Shown here: piece by piece, positions 28,748-37,764 of the stretch | Layout: each line of letters opens with the position of its first letter | Position numbering within the stretch: position 1 is the stretch's first letter | DNA from: Fidelibacterota bacterium | Lineage (GTDB): Bacteria > Fidelibacterota > Marinisomatia > Marinisomatales > AB-629-J13 | Reading direction: 5' to 3' | DNA length: 50,313 nt | Assembly (NCBI GenBank): GCA_034408645.1 | Contig: DASCRE010000069.1 | Location: 1 to 50,313, forward strand | Notes under the pieces: generated by a model | The model's database searches: none | Told to the model about the DNA's origin: nothing | The model's input: the letters and a program-made list of their open reading frames with translations, nothing else | Position numbers and translations under genes: made by a program

Positions 28748-29866
28748 ATGACAAAAGAAAATGTTTTAAGGGTTTTATCTCAAATTAAATATCCGGGATT
28801 TAGTAGGGATATTGTTTCATTTGGGCTGGTTGAAAACATTTCAATAAAAGATGATGATGTTCAGGTTGTATTGAAACTTCCCATAGAAAAATCCAAGCAG
28901 GAGGGAATACAGAGGAAGGTTCGTGATAAATTAGAATCACTTGAAAATTTTAAGAATGTAAATGTTGTGATAACTGATGCAAAACAGCCAAAGGATAACA
29001 CTGCTCAGTCTATAAAAATGGAAAAAGTGAAGAATATCATTGCAGTTGCAAGCGGAAAAGGCGGTGTGGGAAAGTCTACGGTGGCAGCCAATATTGCCTG
29101 TTCATTTTCAAAGAAAGGATATAAAGTTGGACTTTTAGACTTGGATATTTATGGTCCATCGCTTCCAATTATTTTGGGAATAAATGAGTCTCCTCAAATC
29201 ACCGAAGAAAGAAAATTAATTCCTTTGAATTGGAAGGGGCTAAAAGTTCTTAGTTTTGGATTTATCAGTGGTAACGATTCTCCAACAATCTGGCGAGGGC
29301 CCCTTGTTGCAAGGATGACGGAACAGTTTTTTCGGGACGTTTTATGGGGAGAATTAGATTATCTCATTTTAGATCTGCCTCCAGGTACTGGAGATGTTCA
29401 GTTAACACTAACACAAAAAATTCAAATCAGCGGAGCTGTTATTGTTACGACACCACAGGATATTGTACTGTCCGATGTTCGAAAAGGCGCGGATATGTTT
29501 CGGAAAGTGAATACTCCAGTTTTGGGTGTGATTGAAAACATGTCTGGATTAACCTTACATGGGACTGTATTTGATTCAGAAAACAATCCCCTGAAAAACG
29601 GTACAGTTAAATTGGAAAATAAAGAAAGTGCCAATATAGATAATAAAGGAGCATTTACCTTAACTATTGACTTGTTTAAAAAAGGAGGGGGGGAAAAAGA
29701 AAGCCAGCGTCTTGGAGTCCCCTTGTTGGGGAAAATTCCTTTGTCACAGAATATCATGGACTCAACAGATGCAGGCATCCCAATTACATTCAGTTTGCCT
29801 GACACTTCTGATTCGAAAATATTTTCAGACATTGTATCACAAATTGAAAATAGACTTGTGTCTTAA
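28748..29866 (+). CDS. mrp: Mrp/NBP35/ApbC-family ATPase with an N-terminal DUF59-like domain. The CxxC motif is absent.
   Basis: It has the deviant Walker A VASGKGGVGKST, LDLPPGTGD and GVIENMS. Length is 372 aa. The only Cys in the whole protein is in NIACSF. Confidence 0.88.
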   Translation: MTKENVLRVLSQIKYPGFSRDIVSFGLVENISIKDDDVQVVLKLPIEKSKQEGIQRKVRDKLESLENFKNVNVVITDAKQPKDNTAQSIKMEKVKNIIAVASGKGGVGKSTVAANIACSFSKKGYKVGLLDLDIYGPSLPIILGINESPQITEERKLIPLNWKGLKVLSFGFISGNDSPTIWRGPLVARMTEQFFRDVLWGELDYLILDLPPGTGDVQLTLTQKIQISGAVIVTTPQDIVLSDVRKGADMFRKVNTPVLGVIENMSGLTLHGTVFDSENNPLKNGTVKLENKESANIDNKGAFTLTIDLFKKGGGEKESQRLGVPLLGKIPLSQNIMDSTDAGIPITFSLPDTSDSKIFSDIVSQIENRLVS

Positions 29867-29955
29867 CTGTAATATTTATTGAATAATATAACTGACTTTA
29901 ATATTTTAAAGGGAACAGAACTTCCTAAACTACATAGAAGAGATAAAATATCAAC

Positions 29956-30738
29956 TTGTATCCTCCAATTTTATATGAGATGTGTCCAATCAGTTTAAAA
30001 AACAATATTCTAAAGCAAAAAAATATACCTAAGCATATTGCAATCATCATGGATGGGAATGGTCGCTGGGCAAAGGAACGTTCAATGTCTCGGCTATCAG
30101 GTCACCATGAGGGGGTAAATTCAGTTCGGGAGATTACTCGAGTCTGCGGCGAAATTGGAGTAGATCATTTAACTTTGTATACATTTTCTACTGAAAACTG
30201 GGGAAGGCCAAAAAGAGAGGTGTCCGCCCTAATGACGTTATTACTTCACACTATCCGGGATGAGATTAAAAACCTTCATGAAAACAAGGTGAAATTGACA
30301 ACAATAGGAGATTTAAGTGCACTGCCAAAATCAGCACGAGAGAATATTCAGGAAGGAATAAAAACAACTAAAAATAACAATGGACTGAATCTTATATTAG
30401 CATTAAACTATGGAGCTAGACAGGAGATAACACGATCAGTGAAGAAACTGATAGATCAAATTATGTCAGGGAAAACTGTGCCAGAAGCCATTACTGAACA
30501 AAACATTTCTGAAAATTTATATACAAATGTGATTAAGGATCCGGATTTGCTTATTAGAACTGGAGGAGAAAGACGAATTAGTAATTTTCTATTATGGCAA
30601 TTGGCATATTCAGAATTATATATGACCGATATCCATTGGCCAGCATTCAGGGAAGAACAGCTTTTAACAGCTGTTCAGGATTTTCAAAAGAGAGAGCGAC
30701 GATTTGGAAAAACAAGTAAGCAGGTAAAACCTTCATGA
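29956..30738 (+). CDS. uppS: Isoprenyl transferase (undecaprenyl diphosphate synthase)
   Basis: It has HIAIIMDGNGRWA and IRTGGERRISNFLLWQLAYSELY. The start is TTG at 29956 or an in-frame ATG at 29980. Confidence 0.9.
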   Translation: MYPPILYEMCPISLKNNILKQKNIPKHIAIIMDGNGRWAKERSMSRLSGHHEGVNSVREITRVCGEIGVDHLTLYTFSTENWGRPKREVSALMTLLLHTIRDEIKNLHENKVKLTTIGDLSALPKSARENIQEGIKTTKNNNGLNLILALNYGARQEITRSVKKLIDQIMSGKTVPEAITEQNISENLYTNVIKDPDLLIRTGGERRISNFLLWQLAYSELYMTDIHWPAFREEQLLTAVQDFQKRERRFGKTSKQVKPS

Positions 30739-33134
30739 AGAATATATTTTATAATCTTTTTTTACTATTTTGTTTTTTCTGTGTATTTACACAGGCTCAA
30801 TCTAAAATAAAGATTCTTGATGTGGGGATTGAGGGGAATGTTGTTACAACAGATAGGATGATTCGATATACAGCTTCATTAAAAATTGGGAATGAAGTCA
30901 ACCCAGGAGATTTCTCAAAGGCGGTGAAGCGATTATGGAGATTAGGGATGTTTTCGGATATTCAAATTCGGCTTGACGAGGAAACGGGTGAGGGAATTAA
31001 AATTACTATTATTGTCGAAGAAACCCCCATTCTTGGAAAAATATTTTTTGAGGGTAATAAGAAAATTAAAGATTCTCAATTGGAAGAAAAATTGATGCTT
31101 GTCTCTGGGCAGCGGCTTAAACTGAATACTGTTCATGAAAAAATCCAGGAATTAAAAACAATATATGCAGAAGAAGGGTTTTTGTTAGTAGATATAGAAG
31201 GTGAGCTGTCTCAGGCAAAAACTGTTCGGTCAAATGACCCAAAAATCCTGAAAATCACAAAAGATTTAACATTTAATATAAAAGAGAACCGGAAAGTTAG
31301 AATTGGTGCCATTAAATTTGACGGGAACAAATCTTTCTCTGATTGGCGGCTCAGGAGAGTAATAAAAAACACAAAACAACAAAGGTGGTATCTGTTTTGG
31401 CGATCTCATTTTGATGTGGAGAAATTTGAAGAAGATATTGAATCGCTTACCGCATTTTACAAAAATAAGGGATACCGGGACTTTATGTTTCTTTCAGATT
31501 CAATGGAGTACAGTAGTGATAATAAAAAAATGAACGTTTATATAAAAATTACAGAGGGAGAAAAATATAAATTCAGAAATTTCACTTGGGAAGGTAATAC
31601 TTTATATGATGGAGAAATTCTGGGCCGCGCATTGGGACTAAAAAGTGGTGATACATTTAATGAAGAAGATTTTAACAAAGCGATTTATGAACGTATGCAA
31701 AGTCTTTACATGGATAGAGGATATATTTATAGCCGAATTGAACCTTTGGTAACCCCCGTTGGAACAGACTCTCTGGATGTTCATTTTCGAATATTGGAAA
31801 ACCACAAAGTCTTCGTAAGAAACATTATGATTGGAGGTAATACCAAAACAAGGGAAAATGTGATCCGACGTGAATTAAGGATTTTCCCTGGAGATGTGTT
31901 TAGCAGGGAAAAATTAATTCGTAGCCAACAGGCTGCCTGGATGCTAAATTATTTTTCTAATGTAGTCCCAGATGTAGTACCCGTAGATGAAGATCAGGTG
32001 GATTTAGATATAGTGGTTGAAGAAAAATCTGCTGACCGGGCCAATGCTAATATCGGGTTTACAGGCGAATATGGGATGACCGGTGGTGGGGGGCTTGAGT
32101 TTAATAATTTCAGGGGTATGGGTCAGCGATTAATGTTCAGTTTTAATACAGGGACCAATTATTCAATTTACACTACCAGTACTCCCTCAAAATACCAATC
32201 AATAAGTCTCAGTTTTACTGATCCCATGGTGTACGACACACCAAATTTAATAGGATTTTCAATCTATTATTCATTCAGAGGTGCATCAACAAATTATTAT
32301 TTTCCTCTAGACTTTACTGCAAAAGGTGGATCTGTTACATGGGGAAGACGTTTTCGCTGGCCTGATGATTATTTTAGGGGGAACTGGGCCTTGCGAGGCG
32401 TTGAAAAAGAATATAGTGGAAATCAGGCTGATCTTGATCGATATGTGAAAGGATTAAGTGTTTCCAGAGGAATAAATCTGACGCAAATAATCAGCAGAGA
32501 CAGCAGAAATCGGCCCGAGTTTCCCACTTTGGGGTCCCTATTCTCCTTGGAAACCACACTATCTGGAGGCCCTTTGGGAGGGAATGAAGACTTTCACAAA
32601 CATGTTTTGAAGTTAGAGTGGTATACACCTACATTCTGGAAATTTGTTTTGAAAAGTTCTTTTAATTTGGGGATGATAGAGTCTCTTCCTTCTGAGAAAG
32701 ACGAACTTTCTATTATTCCATTTGATGAACGATTCATTATGGGTGGGAATGGAATCCCCTATGGGAATATGCTTAGAGGATATCCGGACAACTCCATTGG
32801 ACCTGTTACTTCAGGCGGTAGCCCAATTGGAGGAAATGCAATGATAAAATTTAATACAGAATTCAGGTTCCCCTTTTCAGAAAATCCAGTTGTTTATGGT
32901 TTGATTTTTGGTGAGATGGGGAATGTCTGGAATTCACATCACATGAATGAACCATTTAATATATCTCGAGGCGGTGCATTGACATTAAGAAAATCAGCAG
33001 GGGTCGGCATTCGGTTTTTTATGCCGATGATAGGCATGCTGGGATTTGATTTAGGTTATGGATTTGATGATATAACCGGATCAGGCACTCCACAAGGATG
33101 GACGACAACCATAATATTTGGACAACCATTTTAA
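30735..33134 (+). CDS. bamA: Outer membrane protein assembly factor BamA
   Basis: Length is 799 aa. It has a signal peptide, repeated POTRA-like units (for example VRNIMIGGNTKTRENVIRRELRIFPGDVF), and a C-terminal beta-barrel ending IIFGQPF. There is an ATGA overlap with uppS. Confidence 0.92.
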   Translation: MKNIFYNLFLLFCFFCVFTQAQSKIKILDVGIEGNVVTTDRMIRYTASLKIGNEVNPGDFSKAVKRLWRLGMFSDIQIRLDEETGEGIKITIIVEETPILGKIFFEGNKKIKDSQLEEKLMLVSGQRLKLNTVHEKIQELKTIYAEEGFLLVDIEGELSQAKTVRSNDPKILKITKDLTFNIKENRKVRIGAIKFDGNKSFSDWRLRRVIKNTKQQRWYLFWRSHFDVEKFEEDIESLTAFYKNKGYRDFMFLSDSMEYSSDNKKMNVYIKITEGEKYKFRNFTWEGNTLYDGEILGRALGLKSGDTFNEEDFNKAIYERMQSLYMDRGYIYSRIEPLVTPVGTDSLDVHFRILENHKVFVRNIMIGGNTKTRENVIRRELRIFPGDVFSREKLIRSQQAAWMLNYFSNVVPDVVPVDEDQVDLDIVVEEKSADRANANIGFTGEYGMTGGGGLEFNNFRGMGQRLMFSFNTGTNYSIYTTSTPSKYQSISLSFTDPMVYDTPNLIGFSIYYSFRGASTNYYFPLDFTAKGGSVTWGRRFRWPDDYFRGNWALRGVEKEYSGNQADLDRYVKGLSVSRGINLTQIISRDSRNRPEFPTLGSLFSLETTLSGGPLGGNEDFHKHVLKLEWYTPTFWKFVLKSSFNLGMIESLPSEKDELSIIPFDERFIMGGNGIPYGNMLRGYPDNSIGPVTSGGSPIGGNAMIKFNTEFRFPFSENPVVYGLIFGEMGNVWNSHHMNEPFNISRGGALTLRKSAGVGIRFFMPMIGMLGFDLGYGFDDITGSGTPQGWTTTIIFGQPF

Positions 33135-33156
33135 TTAATATATTAGGAGAAAAAAG

Positions 33157-33693
33157 GTGAATAAAAACACAAAATATATATTTACACTTATAAGCATAGT
33201 TTTCTTTCCGATGTTACTTTTTGGTCAGTTAAAAGTGGGATATGTTGCTTCAGACAGAATTCGATTGGAATATGAAGAGTTCAAAGAATCAGAGTCTCAA
33301 TTGCAATTGGATTTTCAAAAGATTCAATTCGAATATCAGGAGATGTTGAAAGAATTAGATAGTTTAAAACAGGCATTTGACACTCAGCGATTGATGAGTT
33401 CTCCTGAATGGCGGCGGGAAAAAGAACAGAATATTAAAGATAAAGAGATGGCAATTCAGAACTTTCAGGCAAAAAAAGTTGGGCCTGAAGGTGAGTTAGT
33501 AAAAAAACAATCTCAAATGGAATATGAATTACTCTCCAAGGTAAAAAAGGCAGTTGATAATGTTGCTATAGAAAAAGGGTATGATTTTATTTTTGATGGA
33601 TCTATATCTTTGCTATATGGAAAACCCACTCATGATTTAACCGATGATGTGTTGCATGAATTGAGAAAAGTCAGCAGTAATACACCTAAATAG
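33157..33693 (+). CDS. skp: OmpH/Skp-family periplasmic chaperone
   Basis: Length is 178 aa. It has a signal peptide and a lysine/glutamate-rich coiled coil. Its position between bamA and lpxD is canonical. GTG start after AGGAG. Confidence 0.8.
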   Translation: MNKNTKYIFTLISIVFFPMLLFGQLKVGYVASDRIRLEYEEFKESESQLQLDFQKIQFEYQEMLKELDSLKQAFDTQRLMSSPEWRREKEQNIKDKEMAIQNFQAKKVGPEGELVKKQSQMEYELLSKVKKAVDNVAIEKGYDFIFDGSISLLYGKPTHDLTDDVLHELRKVSSNTPK

Positions 33694-33701
33694 GTATTTA
33701 T

Positions 33702-34724
33702 TTGCCAACATTGGAGCAATTGGCAGAATTAGTAGGAGGGGAACCAGTTGGTCAATCTGACTTGATTGTTTCTGGTGTATCTGAGATACAAGATGGGAAA
33801 CAGGGGACAATATCTTTTTTAGCAAATCCTATGTATAAAAAATATATAGAGTCCACGAAAGCTTCGGCAGTAGTTGTCTCAGATTCTTCACTGTTAAATG
33901 GCCAAAACGGAATTGTAGTTCGAAACCCTCAGCTTGCATTCTCAAAAATTCTAGGTGAATTCAGCCCAAGACATACAACACAAAAAGGTATTCATCCCAC
34001 TGCCGTTGTTGATCCGTCTGTTCATTTAGGGGATGTTGTTTCTGTAGGAGCCAATGCTGTAATCCAAGAAAATGTAACCATTGGAGAAGGAACCAGGGTC
34101 GAGGCCAACTCAGTGATAGGTTGTAATACTGTCATTGGAAAAGAATGTAGAATCCATCCTCGTGTCACAATTTATCATGATTGTACCATTGGAGATCGTG
34201 TTGTTATTTTCAGCGGAACTGTGATAGGATGCGATGGTTTCGGATTTGTAACGGAACAGAATACCCACTATAAGATTCCTCAACTTGGTAAAGTGATTAT
34301 TGGAAGTGATGTGGAAATAGGTGCAAATTGCACAATTGACCGAGCTACTATAGGAGAAACAATCATAGGGAAGATGACCAAATTAGACAATCTCATTCAT
34401 ATTGCTCATAATGTTAAGATAGGGGTGGGATGTCTCCTTGCTGCAGGCGTAGGTATTGCAGGAAGTGTGACCATCGAAGATTATTGTATATTAGCTGGAC
34501 AATCGGGTGTTGTTCCTCATGTTACTGTTGGATCTAAATCCATTATTGCAGTCAAATCAGGAGTAACAAAATCTCTAAAGGGTGGAGAGATATATTCAGG
34601 GATGCCAGCGAGAAAAATTCGTGAACAGAATAAAAAGGATGCCATATTATCATCGGTTTCCCTGTTGAAAAACCGAATAGAAAAATTAGAAAAAATCACT
34701 TTAAAAAATGACACTTCAACATAG
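33702..34724 (+). CDS. lpxD: UDP-3-O-acylglucosamine N-acyltransferase
   Basis: Length is 340 aa. It has an N-terminal uridine-binding-like domain, then long hexapeptide (LbH) repeats (IGDRVVIFSGTVIGCDGFGF, IGSDVEIGANCTIDRA, HIAHNVKIG). TTG start. Confidence 0.9.
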   Translation: MPTLEQLAELVGGEPVGQSDLIVSGVSEIQDGKQGTISFLANPMYKKYIESTKASAVVVSDSSLLNGQNGIVVRNPQLAFSKILGEFSPRHTTQKGIHPTAVVDPSVHLGDVVSVGANAVIQENVTIGEGTRVEANSVIGCNTVIGKECRIHPRVTIYHDCTIGDRVVIFSGTVIGCDGFGFVTEQNTHYKIPQLGKVIIGSDVEIGANCTIDRATIGETIIGKMTKLDNLIHIAHNVKIGVGCLLAAGVGIAGSVTIEDYCILAGQSGVVPHVTVGSKSIIAVKSGVTKSLKGGEIYSGMPARKIREQNKKDAILSSVSLLKNRIEKLEKITLKNDTST

Positions 34725-35643
34725 GTTCCAGCGCACTATTTCAAAGCCAGTTTCCTGTACAGGAGTTGGACTACATACGGGACTTGAAAGCACAATTACA
34801 TTCAGGCCTGCTCCTGAAAATTTTGGTATACATTTTATACGGCAGGACATAAAAAATTGTCCCGAAATTATGGCAGACATAGACCATGTTGTGGATATTT
34901 CAAGAGGGACCACTATCGAACAAAACGGGGTCAAAATTTTTACTGTTGAACATGCACTTGCGGCGGTTTCGGGCTTGCGAATTGACAATGTGTTAATTGA
35001 ATTGAGTGCAAAAGAACCTCCTGTTATGGATGGTAGTTCAAAGGCCTTTGTTGAGGTGCTGCAAAATGCAAATATTTTGGAACAGAAAAAACCTCGAAGA
35101 GTGTTGGAAATATCTGAACCAGTTTCCTATTCAGACCCAAAAAGAGGCGTAGATATTCACGTTGTCCCTTCTGACCAATTTAGAGTCACCTTTATGATTG
35201 ATTATAAACTTCCATCCCTAGGTTCTCAATATACTGCTGTTTACAATATGCAGGAGGATTTTGCACGAGAGGTTGCACCTGCAAGGACATTCTGTTTCTT
35301 AAGTGAGATTGAAGAACTCAAAGAAGCTGGCCTAATTAAAGGGGGAGGTTTAGATAACGCCGTAGTTATTGTTGATAAAGAAATTAACTATTCTGAGGTG
35401 AACAAGCTCAAATCGCTTTTTGGGATAGAGGAAGAAATTATAATGGGCGCTAATGGTATTTTGAATGGAAAGAGGTTAAGGTATAAAAATGAGCCGGTTC
35501 GCCATAAAACTCTGGATCTAATTGGAGATATGGCCTTGCTTGGATGCCCAATTAAAGGCCATGTTACTGCTGCAAGAAGTGGGCACGCTAGCAATGTAGA
35601 ATTTGTTAAAATGATTCGCAGTACTTATTCAGAATTTTTTTAG
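34708..35643 (+). CDS. lpxC: UDP-3-O-acyl-N-acetylglucosamine deacetylase
   Basis: It has CTGVGLHTG, TVEHALAA, HKTLDLIGD and GHASNVEF. Length is 311 aa. It overlaps the lpxD end by 17 nt. It is not fused to fabZ. Confidence 0.92.
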   Translation: MTLQHRFQRTISKPVSCTGVGLHTGLESTITFRPAPENFGIHFIRQDIKNCPEIMADIDHVVDISRGTTIEQNGVKIFTVEHALAAVSGLRIDNVLIELSAKEPPVMDGSSKAFVEVLQNANILEQKKPRRVLEISEPVSYSDPKRGVDIHVVPSDQFRVTFMIDYKLPSLGSQYTAVYNMQEDFAREVAPARTFCFLSEIEELKEAGLIKGGGLDNAVVIVDKEINYSEVNKLKSLFGIEEEIIMGANGILNGKRLRYKNEPVRHKTLDLIGDMALLGCPIKGHVTAARSGHASNVEFVKMIRSTYSEFF

Positions 35644-35652
35644 AAGTTACCC

Positions 35653-36099
35653 ATGCCAAAGCCTTCCTTTTTAATCGAGGACATATTAAAGATTGTCCCA
35701 CATCGTTATCCGTTCATACTTATTGATCGTATTGTAAATTATAATCCTGGGGATAAATTAACGGCAATTAAAAATGTAACCATAAACGAGAATTTTTTTC
35801 AAGGTCATTTTCCTAATCAACCCGTAATGCCAGGAGTACTAATTTTGGAAGCCATGGCACAGGCAGGAGCATTTTTGGTTCTAAATACAGTTGATAATCC
35901 ATTGGAAAAGAATATGTTTTTTACAGGTATTTCTAATTCAAAATTTAGAGCACCTGTAACTCCAGGGGATCAATTACGTTTGGAAATAAAATTAATTAAA
36001 ATTAAGCTAACTGCGGTGCGGTTGCAGGGAGAAGCCTATGTGGAAGATAAACTAGTTGCCCAGGCGCTCATTATGGCCAATATTGTTAATAGAGCGTAA
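35653..36099 (+). CDS. fabZ: 3-hydroxyacyl-ACP dehydratase FabZ
   Basis: It has PHRYPFILIDRI and FFQGHFPNQPVMPGVLILEAMAQ. Length is 148 aa. Confidence 0.95.
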   Translation: MPKPSFLIEDILKIVPHRYPFILIDRIVNYNPGDKLTAIKNVTINENFFQGHFPNQPVMPGVLILEAMAQAGAFLVLNTVDNPLEKNMFFTGISNSKFRAPVTPGDQLRLEIKLIKIKLTAVRLQGEAYVEDKLVAQALIMANIVNRA

Positions 36100-36113
36100 G
36101 GGAGAAATTAATT
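36100..36113 (+). promoter_or_regulatory. Shine-Dalgarno (GGGAG) plus putative ATT initiation codon of lpxA
   Basis: GGGAG at 36100-36104 is followed by a 6-nt spacer (AAATTA) and ATT at 36111-36113, in the lpxA frame. It lies immediately after the fabZ TAA (36097-36099). Confidence 0.5.
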
Positions 36114-36884
36114 TCTACCTCCATTCATCCTACAGCCATAGTACACAAAGGAGCTGATTTAGGCGAAAACGTAAGCATTGGTCCTTTTGTATATATTGAA
36201 AATGGTGTAACAATTGGTTCAGGAACCAAGGTTGAAAATTTTGCAGTTATTAAATCCAATACATTTATCGGAGAAAATTGTAGAATATTTCAAGGATCTG
36301 TCATTGGGGAAATTCCACAAGATTTAAAGTTTGCCGGTGAAAAGACAGAAACAAGGGTTGGCGATAATACCACCATTAGGGAATTCGTGACCATAAACAG
36401 AGGGACCTCAGCTTTAGGATATACTGAAGTTGGGAAAAATGTTTTATTGATGGCCTATTGCCACATTGCCCATGATTGTATAGTAGGGAATAATGTTATC
36501 ATGGCGAATATGGCAACGTTGGGAGGTCATGTTGAGCTTGGCAATTGGGCATTTTTAGGGGGTGGTGTTTTGGTACATCAATTTTGTAAAGTTGGGGAAC
36601 ATTCTTTAATCGCTGCCGGATTCAGGGCAGTACAGGACGTTCCTCCTTTTATATGGGCCTCAGGTGAACCGATTAAATACAGTGGTATAAATAATGTGGG
36701 TTTAAAAAGAAGAGGATTTTCGTCTGAAGAAAGGCGATTAATAAAGCAGATTTACATGTTGTATTTCCGCTCAAAACTTCCCAGAGTGAAAGCCCTGAAT
36801 GAGATTAAAATTCAATTTTCAAAAACTCCTTTGGGAAAAATAATTGTAGATTTTATTGAAAAAAGTAACCGGGGAATTATATAA
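36111..36884 (+). CDS. lpxA: Acyl-ACP--UDP-N-acetylglucosamine O-acyltransferase, with a probable ATT start
   Basis: The track ORF (36387..36884, GTG) covers only the C-terminal 165 aa. The same frame is open from 36093 and encodes STSIHPTAIVHKGADLGENVSIGPFVYIENGVTIGSGTKVENFAVI..., the conserved LpxA N-terminal hexapeptide region. My codon-by-codon check found no ATG, GTG, TTG or CTG in frame between 36093 and 36386. Confidence 0.85.
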   Translation: MSTSIHPTAIVHKGADLGENVSIGPFVYIENGVTIGSGTKVENFAVIKSNTFIGENCRIFQGSVIGEIPQDLKFAGEKTETRVGDNTTIREFVTINRGTSALGYTEVGKNVLLMAYCHIAHDCIVGNNVIMANMATLGGHVELGNWAFLGGGVLVHQFCKVGEHSLIAAGFRAVQDVPPFIWASGEPIKYSGINNVGLKRRGFSSEERRLIKQIYMLYFRSKLPRVKALNEIKIQFSKTPLGKIIVDFIEKSNRGII

Positions 36885-37019
36885 GCAAGTATTATTATTG
36901 TGTCCTAATTGATAACAAAAATTTCTCAAATAAAAAATAGGGTTTATTAATAAAAATTTACTTTAGAATCCCCTTTTTTCTCATGATTCACAACTCTCCT
37001 TTTTTATATTTAATATCCA

Positions 37020-37760
37020 ATGAATCAAACCAATTCAGTCGAAAAAAAACTTAGCACAACAGGTAGGTGGGGTTTATTACTTGTATTTTTCACTTTTGGC
37101 TTTTCTCAATGGGCTGACGTTGATGTCAGTGATTCATTTACGTCTACTGATATAAAAACATTTGTTGAAAGCACAACTTTTGGATTATCACCAAATCCTT
37201 CATTAATTTCCTTTTCTAAAAAGAGAGTTTATGTTGGGGTAGGGCTATCAAACAACATACTCCTTAATCCCAGTGTTTATCAGAATAAACTTTCTGGCTG
37301 GGTACCAAAATTCTCCGCAGATATTTTTATCACAAACAATCTTTATTTCATGGGCCGTCTCAGTCAGTTTTATTCTGGTAAAAATATTGTCCAATCTAAC
37401 AATTATGGAATTGCATTGGTATCTGGAGAAGATGCAACCTACCCATGGCAAACCTCCATTGTGTTTTGTAGCTTAAAGGGCCCCCAAAAATTTGCATTGA
37501 GAGACATTTCTTTATCCATGGCAACACTAGTACAAGTAGCTGACCATCAGATTCAGGTTGGAGTGGGGAAAGAAATGTATTCTGCTAGGTTTTTTTTTGA
37601 AGATGCAAACATACTCTTCCCCAATGGGATGAAAGGTGAAATAAATTATATATTGCTGGGGATGCATTTAAATAGAAAATCAATCAGGATTACTCCTCAG
37701 ATTCGATTTAACCCTAGATTGATAAAAACATCTATTAGAATGACTTGGGGGATAGGCTGA
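37020..37760 (+). CDS. Hypothetical protein, possible secreted or outer-membrane beta-rich protein
   Basis: Length is 246 aa. It has an N-terminal hydrophobic segment (RWGLLLVFFTFGFSQWA) followed by alternating-polarity beta-like stretches. I recognise no family. It is wedged between lpxA and dxr, 4 nt before the dxr ATG. Confidence 0.5.
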   Translation: MNQTNSVEKKLSTTGRWGLLLVFFTFGFSQWADVDVSDSFTSTDIKTFVESTTFGLSPNPSLISFSKKRVYVGVGLSNNILLNPSVYQNKLSGWVPKFSADIFITNNLYFMGRLSQFYSGKNIVQSNNYGIALVSGEDATYPWQTSIVFCSLKGPQKFALRDISLSMATLVQVADHQIQVGVGKEMYSARFFFEDANILFPNGMKGEINYILLGMHLNRKSIRITPQIRFNPRLIKTSIRMTWGIG

Positions 37761-37764
37761 AAAT

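Noticed and set aside
36093-36884. lpxA as a frameshifted or 5'-truncated pseudogene
   Set aside because: The single frame is continuous from 36093 to the stop at 36884 and the protein is conserved throughout. Only the initiation codon is unusual, and an SD is correctly placed for ATT at 36111. Pseudogenisation of an essential lipid A gene within an otherwise intact lpx cluster is unlikely. A single-base assembly error remains possible.
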